Below, one piece after another: positions 25,572 to 32,000 of a stretch of DNA of 32,000 nucleotides. The position numbers and the translations under genes were made by a program. A model generated the notes under the pieces. The model ran no database searches, was not told the origin of the DNA, and saw only the letters and a program-made list of their open reading frames with translations. The DNA comes from Coprobacillaceae bacterium. Its GTDB lineage: Bacteria > Bacillota_I > Bacilli_A > Erysipelotrichales > Coprobacillaceae. The stretch's first letter is position 1; every line of letters begins with the position of its first letter. Location of the stretch: positions 2,010,001 to 2,042,000 of the forward strand of contig OY776328.1 in NCBI GenBank assembly GCA_963675515.1. Reading direction: 5' to 3'.

Positions 25572-25793
25572 TTATCTGGACAGAACTGCTCCAGAAAGTA
25601 TACGTCCCATCACCAGAAGAAGCAACAGGCAAATGCCAAGATACCCAAGAATGAATGCCAGAAAGACTACGTCATCACGGCTGATCGAATGGAGGTCGAG
25701 ACCATTTGTGATTTCTATGGCCAGATTAAAATATGCATAGGTTCAAGCCAGGACAACTGCCGCATTGATGATATATTGTTTTGCCCGTCTCAC
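25572..25793 (-). pseudogene. Small (73-codon) two-TM membrane ORF interrupted by an in-frame TGA at codon 17
   Basis: GTG start at 25793 with AAGGAGGG 7 nt upstream. Reads VRRAKQYIINAAVVLA-TGA-TYAYFNLAIEITNGLDLHSISRDDVVFLAFILGYLGICLLLLLVMGRILSGAVLSR-TAA. There is no alternative start after the TGA. Confidence 0.3.
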
Positions 25794-26009
25794 TTCTTTA
25801 CCCTCCTTGATCATAGCGCTTTGGAAAATTTGAAATTCCCCCAAAAAATAGAATCCATTATTCAATATCATTATCGCCCTTTATGGCAAATCATGCAAGT
25901 AATCATTCAAAAAGGAAGATATTTGGAGTGGATAATGGTAAAATTAAGTTACAAGGCAAACATCATGTGTTGCCTGCAGCAACATCAGCTAACCAAGGAG
26001 GATTTTACC

Positions 26010-26258
26010 ATGTTGAAGACAAATAAGATTGCCGATTTCCAGGAAAAAGTCGATTTCGAAGAAGATGTAGTCAGTGCCATCACCGAGAACCTCAAAGATA
26101 TCAGTCATCTCCAAACCATGCTCGACCAGTCACTCGAAGAAGGCGAATCCGACTACCGGGTCCGCCTGCTGGAATCCCATATGAGCGTGCTTATCAACCA
26201 GAACTGGCTGATAATCGACCAGCTGGCCAAACTAAACAAGAAACTGGAAGACAAATGA
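26010..26258 (+). CDS. Hypothetical 82-aa acidic coiled-coil protein
   Basis: ATG at 26010 preceded by AAGGAGG (7-nt spacing). The rest of the 241-aa track ORF upstream has no coding character. Confidence 0.5.
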   Translation: MLKTNKIADFQEKVDFEEDVVSAITENLKDISHLQTMLDQSLEEGESDYRVRLLESHMSVLINQNWLIIDQLAKLNKKLEDK

Positions 26259-26503
26259 TTCCTTTGCCAATACCAAGATATTGGTTCGACTGGCTCAAAA
26301 AAACTCCCAAATCACAGACGAAAACCGTCTTGGATAGAGGGATTTTTTTATGTTTTTTTAACGTTAATCATTTATCGTTAAGGATACCTTTGCCCCTTCA
26401 GAAAATTTTCAAATCCTGAAAGCAGGCTTAAAAATAAGAAATTGTTGCCCACAACTCACTTAGAAGTGCTATTATGAAACAATAGAACTTGGGAGGGACA
26501 TTT

Positions 26504-27880
26504 ATGATAGCTAAACTGATCGAACCGAAAATCCAATTAAGCAAGGAAAGGCAGATATTCACCAATATCAAATTGAGGAATCTCATCATTCCCCTGGTGA
26601 TCGAGCAGCTCCTCGTCCTGCTTGTCGGGGTGGCCGACACCATGATGGTTTCCTATGCCGGACCGGCTGCCATTTCCGGGGTTTCCCTGGTCAACCAGCT
26701 CAATACCCTGTTCATCATGATCTTTGCCGCCCTTGCGGCCTGTGGCGCCGTTGTGGCCAGCCAGTATTTGGGCAAGAAGGATCCTGAAAACAGCGTGCTG
26801 GCGGCCTCTCAGCTGGTTCTTGTGACTACCCTTATCAGCTTCGTCATGATGGTCATCATCCTTTTGTCCAACCGTTTCCTTTTGAATCTGGTCTTTGGCC
26901 GGGTCGAAAGTGATGTAATGAGCGCATGTGTGACCTATATGGCGATCTCAGCCTTTTCATTTCCGGCCCTGGCAGTCTATAACAGCTGTGCCGGGTTGTT
27001 TAGGACGATGTCCAAAACCAAGACGATAATGTATGTTTCCATCCTGATGAACATCATCAACGTTATCGGGAACTATTTCGGGATTTTCGTCTTCCATGCC
27101 GGGGTGGCCGGGGTGGCCTACCCTTCGCTGATTTCACGGTGCATCGCCGCAATCATCATGCTCGCATTCATGTTTGATTCGAGAAACGTCATCCATATAA
27201 GAATGTCCGGGATGAAACAATGGAACCAGAAAATGATTTCCAGAATCACCTCCGTGGCCATCCCCAACAGCATCGAAAACGGACTCTTCCAGCTGGCCAA
27301 GGTCGCCTTGAGTTCGATTGTCGCCCTGTTTGGAACAAGCGAGATTGCCGCAAATGGAGTTGCCCAAAGTTTCTGGGCCATGGCAGCCCTGTTCATCATC
27401 TCCATGGGGCCGGCCTTCATTACCGTCATCGGCCAATGTGTCGGAGCCAACGATTACCTTGCGGCGACGTATTACATGAAAAAACTGCTGCGGATTACCT
27501 ATCTTGGCGGAATTGCCTGGAACGCTTTTTTCCTGCTTGCCATCCCCCTGGTGCTTAAACTCTACAGCCTCCCCCAGGAAACGATAAATCTGGTCATACT
27601 CCTTTGTCTGATCCACAACACCTTCAACTCGCTGCTGTGCCCGACTGCATTCGCCCTGTCTACAGGCTTGCGGGCTGCCGGGGACGTGAAATACACGATG
27701 TATGCCTCGATTTTTTCCACAGTCATCTGCCGGGTCGCCTTTTCCCTGTTTTTCGGGGTGTACCTTGATTTTGGGGTTACGGGCATCGCCATTGCCATGG
27801 TGGGCGACTGGTCGGTCAAAACCATCCTGATAATGAAGCGTTACCGCAGTCTCAAGTGGCAGGAATTCCGGCTTGTCTGA
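26504..27880 (+). CDS. MATE-family efflux transporter
   Basis: About 458 aa with 12 predicted TMs. Typical N-terminus L..L..P...EQLL..LVG..DT.MV. ATG at 26504 with GGGAGGG RBS; the track starts at TTG 26489. Confidence 0.9.
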   Translation: MIAKLIEPKIQLSKERQIFTNIKLRNLIIPLVIEQLLVLLVGVADTMMVSYAGPAAISGVSLVNQLNTLFIMIFAALAACGAVVASQYLGKKDPENSVLAASQLVLVTTLISFVMMVIILLSNRFLLNLVFGRVESDVMSACVTYMAISAFSFPALAVYNSCAGLFRTMSKTKTIMYVSILMNIINVIGNYFGIFVFHAGVAGVAYPSLISRCIAAIIMLAFMFDSRNVIHIRMSGMKQWNQKMISRITSVAIPNSIENGLFQLAKVALSSIVALFGTSEIAANGVAQSFWAMAALFIISMGPAFITVIGQCVGANDYLAATYYMKKLLRITYLGGIAWNAFFLLAIPLVLKLYSLPQETINLVILLCLIHNTFNSLLCPTAFALSTGLRAAGDVKYTMYASIFSTVICRVAFSLFFGVYLDFGVTGIAIAMVGDWSVKTILIMKRYRSLKWQEFRLV

Positions 27881-27905
27881 CATGCCAGCCCTGTATCCAG
27901 GAAGT

Positions 27906-27934
27906 AAAAAAGATGGAAAAGTTCCATCTTTTTT
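27906..27934. terminator. Bidirectional intrinsic terminator between the convergent MATE and hyd operons
   Basis: AAAAAAGATGGAA-loop-TTCCATCTTTTTT: an 8-11 bp stem flanked by A- and T-runs. Confidence 0.65.
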
Positions 27935-27963
27935 ATTGCAATCAGAAACCGGTAAAGCCCAGA

Positions 27964-29304
27964 TCAGTTGTTTTGGTCTTCCTTTTTATTCGCCAGATCA
28001 TCTATTATTTCCCTGGCTTTTTGCGGGTTGCCCCCGGCCTGTTCGATAATTGAAGCAATTCTTTCATACCCCAGTTTTGCCACATGGCCAAAGGCGAATG
28101 CGAATGAACGGTCGAGCAGTTCCTGACAACGTCTTTGATCCGGTTGGATTCCTTCGATACACCTTGTCTCGAAAAGATAGACTGCGTTGATCAGGATATC
28201 CAGGTTTTCCAGCAGGGAATCGGCAATCAAAGGCAAAAAGGCATTGAGTTCGAATTCCCCATGGCTACAAGCCATTGATATCGCCTGGTCATTGGCCATG
28301 ACCTTCATGGCCACCTGGATCACCATCTCCGGAATGACCGGGTTGACTTTTCCGGGCATGATTGTGCTGCCCATCTGCATTGGCTTCAGGATGATTTCAC
28401 CGAGGCCCCCATGAGGTCCGGAGTTCATCAGCCGCAGATCATTGGCTATTTTCATCAGGTTGACCGCCAACGCCTTCAACAGGCCCGAAACCTCGACAAA
28501 GACATCGTTGTTCTGGGTTATGTCGAGGGGATATTCGGCTACTGCCAGTCCGATGCCGGTGATGGACCTGAGCTGTTCGATCACCCCGAAGCGGTATTTT
28601 CGTGAAGCATTGGACCCGACACCCACCGCCGTACCACCAAGGTTTACCTGTCTTAAACGTTCCTCGACCTTGTAAAGGCGCCAGCGGTCCCGGGCGATGG
28701 CCTGGCCGTAAGCCCCGAATTCCTGACCTAAGGTGATGGGAATCGCATCCATAAGTTCGGTCCGGCCCAGCTTGGCGATATGGTCGAACTCCTGCTCCTT
28801 GTTTTGCAGGGCGCTCTGGAGTTTTTCGCAGGCACCGCTAAGAATGCGGAGCTTTTCGATAGAAGCGATCCGCAAGGCGGTCGGATAGACATCATTGGTC
28901 GATTGGCCCTTGTTGACATCATCCAGGGGATGGATGATGTCATATGATCCGGGCTTGTGGCCCATGGAGACCAGTGCGAGATTGGCAAGCACCTCGTTGA
29001 CATTCATGTTTGTCGAAGTCCCGGCCCCGCCCTGAAGAGCATCCACCACAAAGGCATCATCATGTTTTCCTGTCAGTACCAGGTCGCAGGCTGAGACGAC
29101 GGCTTGATAAATGTCCGCTTTGACATCGAGGCTGACATAGGTCAAGGCTGCCGCTTTTTTGACTTTGACTAACGCATGGACAAGGTCGATATTGGTTGGC
29201 TTGCAACCCAGGGCGAAGTTCTCCCTGGCCCTGGCGCTCTGGATGCCATAAAGACAATCGTCATCCAATTTCAGTGAACCCAGGCTGTCATTTTCAGTGC
29301 GCAT
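27964..29304 (-). CDS. Aspartate ammonia-lyase / class II fumarase superfamily lyase
   Basis: 446 aa. N-terminus RTENDSLGSLKLDDDCLYGIQSARARENF, TSTNMN, the SS-loop signature GSTIMPGKVNP (canonical GSSxMPxKxN) and GEFELN. The RBS GGAGGA lies inside the last codons of hydF. Confidence 0.85.
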   Translation of the reverse strand: MRTENDSLGSLKLDDDCLYGIQSARARENFALGCKPTNIDLVHALVKVKKAAALTYVSLDVKADIYQAVVSACDLVLTGKHDDAFVVDALQGGAGTSTNMNVNEVLANLALVSMGHKPGSYDIIHPLDDVNKGQSTNDVYPTALRIASIEKLRILSGACEKLQSALQNKEQEFDHIAKLGRTELMDAIPITLGQEFGAYGQAIARDRWRLYKVEERLRQVNLGGTAVGVGSNASRKYRFGVIEQLRSITGIGLAVAEYPLDITQNNDVFVEVSGLLKALAVNLMKIANDLRLMNSGPHGGLGEIILKPMQMGSTIMPGKVNPVIPEMVIQVAMKVMANDQAISMACSHGEFELNAFLPLIADSLLENLDILINAVYLFETRCIEGIQPDQRRCQELLDRSFAFAFGHVAKLGYERIASIIEQAGGNPQKAREIIDDLANKKEDQNN

Positions 29305-29307
29305 TCT

Positions 29308-30513
29308 CTAGTCCTCCAGCTCCATCGCTATTTCCGGGAACATCGCCACACTTCTTTCAAGGATGCCCTGCATGTAGGCGATCAAGGTCCCGTAGTTGGT
29401 GAATGGGATGCCCTGGTCCTGGGCGCACTTCTGGCGGTAGATGACCTCCCGCTCGTTGAGCATGCAGCCCCCGCAATGGACGATCAGCGCATAAATGCTT
29501 AGATCCTCGGGGAATTCGCCTCCGGAAGTGAATTCGAAGTTGAAACTGGCCTGGCTGTAATTTTTTATCCAGCGGGGCAGTTTGACTGTTCCGATATCGT
29601 CGCACTGGCGATGATGGGTGCAGCCCTCGCTTATCAGGATGGTCGCCCCGTCGCTGAGCGAATCGAGCGCTTTCGCCCCTTTGACAGCGGTCTTGAGCAC
29701 TCCCTTGAAGCGGGCGAAGAGAATCGAAAACGAAGTCAAGGCGACATCGGTAGGCGTGTCGGCGGCAGCCTTGGCGAACACCTGGCTGTCAGTCACCACA
29801 AGTTTGGGCTTTTTGCCAAGGTTTTCCAAAGTCGCCCGCAGCTCATGTTCCTTGACGACAATCGCGGTCGCATCAGCTTCGAGAATGTCGCGGATTGTCT
29901 GCTGCTGAGGCAGGATAAGCCGGCCCTGTGGCGCAGCTTTGTCGATTGGGGTCACCAGGACCACGAAATCGCCCGGGTTGATTATGTCCCCTACTATCCT
30001 GAGTTTGGTCTGGTTATTCAAAGGCATGGCGGCTATCCGTTTTTTGAGCTGTTCGATATTCGCACCGGTCAAGGCGCTGACCGCCATGGAATGTTCATCG
30101 TCTATTTCCACGATGTCCATCAGATCTGTTTTGTTGTAGACAACAAGATAACCGATTCCCTTTTCATTGAAAAGTCCGATCAACTCCTTGTCGTAATCGT
30201 CAAGACCAATGGTGCCATCAACGACGAGAATCGCGATATCGGTCTTGTTTAACACCTGGCGGCTTTTATCGACCCGAAGCTTGCCAAGGGCCCCTTCGTC
30301 ATCGATTCCGGCCGTGTCGATGACGACAACCGGACCGATGGGCAGCAGCTCCATCGACTTGTATACCGGGTCGGTTGTGGTACCCTTGACATCGGATACA
30401 ACCGCCAGCTGCTGGCTGGTGAATGCGTTGACCAGGCTCGATTTGCCCGAGTTGCGCTTGCCAAAAAATCCGATATGGACCCGGTTGGCTCTGGGCGATG
30501 AATTCATACTCAT
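29308..30513 (-). CDS. hydF: [FeFe]-hydrogenase H-cluster maturation GTPase HydF
   Basis: 401 aa. G1 GKRNSGKSS, G3 DTAG, G4 NKTD. C-terminal FeS ligands are EGCTHHRQC and VHCGGCM. Confidence 0.9.
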   Translation of the reverse strand: MSMNSSPRANRVHIGFFGKRNSGKSSLVNAFTSQQLAVVSDVKGTTTDPVYKSMELLPIGPVVVIDTAGIDDEGALGKLRVDKSRQVLNKTDIAILVVDGTIGLDDYDKELIGLFNEKGIGYLVVYNKTDLMDIVEIDDEHSMAVSALTGANIEQLKKRIAAMPLNNQTKLRIVGDIINPGDFVVLVTPIDKAAPQGRLILPQQQTIRDILEADATAIVVKEHELRATLENLGKKPKLVVTDSQVFAKAAADTPTDVALTSFSILFARFKGVLKTAVKGAKALDSLSDGATILISEGCTHHRQCDDIGTVKLPRWIKNYSQASFNFEFTSGGEFPEDLSIYALIVHCGGCMLNEREVIYRQKCAQDQGIPFTNYGTLIAYMQGILERSVAMFPEIAMELED

Positions 30514-30525
30514 TCCAATTCCTCC

Positions 30526-31944
30526 CTAGAACCGGAAATCCCGGCTTCCTTTGGCTATCTGATTGAGGTTGTCCAAGGCGATTGATTTGACCTTTTCGTT
30601 TGGCACCTTTTCGATTTCCTGTTCGATCAGCTTTTCTCCGGTTGCTTTGGTTTCCGGTGATGCGTAGTCCTCGAGATATTCCTTGAGGGTCATCAGGGCA
30701 TTTGGATGGCAGCAGTTCTGGATCTGACCGCTTTTGCACAGGCTCATGAACCTATCCCCGGTCCGCCCTTCGCGGTAGCAAGCGGTGCAGAAGCTTGGAA
30801 TGTAGCCAAGATCCATCAGCCATTTGACGATCTCGTCAAGGGTCCGCTTGTCGCTGGTGTCAAACTGCTGCGAGTTTTCCTCCTCAGGTTCGGGATCGGC
30901 ATAACCCCCGACGCTTGTTTTCGAACCGCCGCTGATCTGGGAAACCCCAAGTTCAAGCACCTTTTCTCGGCATTCCTTGCTTTCCCTGGTCGACACGATC
31001 ATCCCGGTGTAAGGAACGGCGATCCTGATGCAGGCGACAATCTTCGCGAATGTCTCATCATCGATTCCGTTTTCAAACTCGGTCGGGTCGATATCGTCAG
31101 CCTGGCGGATCCGCGGCACTGAAATGGTGTGCGGTCCGACCCCAAAAGCTGCTTCAAGATGCTGTGCATGCATAAGCAAACCGGCGAATTCATAACGGTA
31201 AAGCTCCAGTCCAAAAAGAACACCAAGCCCGACATCGTCGATGCCACCTTCCATTGCCCGGTCCATCGCTTCGGTATGGTAGGCGTAGTTATGCTTAGGT
31301 CCGGTCGGATGAAGCTTTTCATAGCTTTCCTTGTTGTATGTTTCCTGGAAGAGGATATAAGTCCCGATTCCGGCGTCCTTGAGCTTGCGGTAGTCCTCAA
31401 CTGTCGTTGCTGCAATATTCACATTGACCCGGCGGATGGCCCCGTTTTTATGTTTGATGCGATAAATTGTATCGATGCACTCAAGGATATATTCGATCGG
31501 GTTGTTTACCGGGTCTTCCCCGGCTTCAAGGGCGAGCCGCTTGTGGCCCATGTCCTGGAGGGCGATCACTTCCTTCTCGATTTCCGCCTGGGTCATCTTC
31601 TTGCGGGCGATTGTCTTGTTTTTGAGATGGTACGGGCAATAGACACAGCCGTTGATACAGTAGTTTGAAAGATAAAGCGGTGCGAACATCACGATCCGGT
31701 TGCCATAGAAATCCTGCTTGATTTGTCTGGCCAGGTCGTAGATCTCCTGGTTTTTCTCTTCAATTTCGCAATCGAGCAGAACCGCCGCCTCGCGGTGGCT
31801 CAGGCCCTTGCGAAGTCTTGCTTTGGCGATGATGGCATCGATCAGCTCGGCATTGTTTTTGTTTGCCTTGGCATATTCCAAGGTGTCCAGGATTTCCTCA
31901 TGGGAAATGAACTCCTGGGCTTTGGGTGATAATACGTCGTACAT
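30526..31944 (-). CDS. hydG: [FeFe]-hydrogenase H-cluster radical SAM maturase HydG
   Basis: 472 aa. Radical SAM CINGCVYC (CX3CX2C). C-terminal auxiliary cluster motif CTACYREGRTGDRFMSLCKSGQIQNCCHPN. Confidence 0.93.
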   Translation of the reverse strand: MYDVLSPKAQEFISHEEILDTLEYAKANKNNAELIDAIIAKARLRKGLSHREAAVLLDCEIEEKNQEIYDLARQIKQDFYGNRIVMFAPLYLSNYCINGCVYCPYHLKNKTIARKKMTQAEIEKEVIALQDMGHKRLALEAGEDPVNNPIEYILECIDTIYRIKHKNGAIRRVNVNIAATTVEDYRKLKDAGIGTYILFQETYNKESYEKLHPTGPKHNYAYHTEAMDRAMEGGIDDVGLGVLFGLELYRYEFAGLLMHAQHLEAAFGVGPHTISVPRIRQADDIDPTEFENGIDDETFAKIVACIRIAVPYTGMIVSTRESKECREKVLELGVSQISGGSKTSVGGYADPEPEEENSQQFDTSDKRTLDEIVKWLMDLGYIPSFCTACYREGRTGDRFMSLCKSGQIQNCCHPNALMTLKEYLEDYASPETKATGEKLIEQEIEKVPNEKVKSIALDNLNQIAKGSRDFRF

Positions 31945-31959
31945 AGTTGGTTTCCTTTC

Positions 31960-32000
31960 TTAACGGGTCAGACTCTTCTTCCCCTTCAGTCTCTGGTTTA
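31960..32000 (-). other. 3' end of an upstream minus-strand ORF running off the window (identity unknown; hydE or a hyd-associated gene is possible)
   Basis: An open frame ends ...NQRLKGKKSLTR-TAA at 31960-31962, 15 nt before the hydG ATG. Only 13 codons are visible. Confidence 0.2.

Noticed and set aside
25743-25745. Idea that the organism uses TGA as a sense codon (code 4/25), prompted by the in-frame TGA in the small membrane ORF
   Set aside because: Every large gene in the window is uninterrupted under the standard code. TGA also functions as a terminal stop in several genes, including the two ATGA start/stop overlaps.
25533-26009. N-terminal 159 codons of the 241-aa track ORF 25533-26258
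   Set aside because: It starts at a TTG without an RBS, the translation has no protein-like features, and it overlaps the minus-strand small membrane ORF. Only the last 82 codons (ATG at 26010 with AAGGAGG) are kept as a gene.
26259-26503. Possible riboswitch (e.g. guanidine-type) in the 245-nt leader of the MATE gene
   Set aside because: Only short AT-rich hairpins were seen (TTAACG/CGTTAA, CTTCAG/CTGAAG, AGACG/CGTCT). No ACGR-loop pair or other conserved riboswitch core could be recognised by eye. A covariance-model scan (Rfam/Infernal) would be needed to revisit this.
27134-27883. 249-aa minus-strand ORF
   Set aside because: It is antisense to the MATE transporter. The sequence is Gly/Asp/His-rich and non-protein-like, and it has no RBS.

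Overview
This is a 32-kb chromosomal segment from a low-GC, Firmicutes/Mollicutes-like anaerobe (inference from gene content: PTS, YtvI-type AI-2E protein, LuxS, HydF/HydG, AGGAGG-type RBSs). It uses the standard genetic code. Almost all genes are on the minus strand. Left to right: (1) an intact IS1634-like IS inserted into the 3' end of a decayed ISL3 transposase gene. (2) A beta-glucoside PTS operon (EIIBCA, GH1 6-phospho-beta-glucosidase) extended by an arginase-family and a cyclase/formamidase-family gene, both with non-canonical metal-ligand motifs. (3) An eroded SDR remnant, a small membrane protein, a frameshifted RpiR regulator and a TIGR04076 protein. (4) GNAT-SbcD-SbcC joined by ATGA overlaps. 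(5) luxS co-transcribed with a FUSC/ArAE-like membrane domain fused to a degenerate HAD domain. (6) An RpiR / two Gfo-Idh-MocA oxidoreductases / UPF0303 cluster. (7) An AI-2E (YtvI-like) permease and a YczE-like protein. (8) A stand-alone tRNA-Thr(GGU) with its own promoter and terminator. (9) An AT-rich orphan gene encoding a pentapeptide-repeat domain fused to a K+ channel pore, then an MBL-fold hydrolase and a doubly membrane-anchored Cys-Ntn hydrolase. (10) A small TGA-interrupted membrane ORF, an 82-aa coiled-coil ORF and a MATE exporter. (11) A tight hydG-hydF-aspartase-like operon. No CRISPR array, rRNA or prophage was seen. The most unusual candidate is the pentapeptide-repeat/K+ channel fusion next to the tRNA. 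All functional calls rest on motif recognition by eye, with no database search. Hand-counted coordinates of non-ORF features may be off by 1-2 nt.
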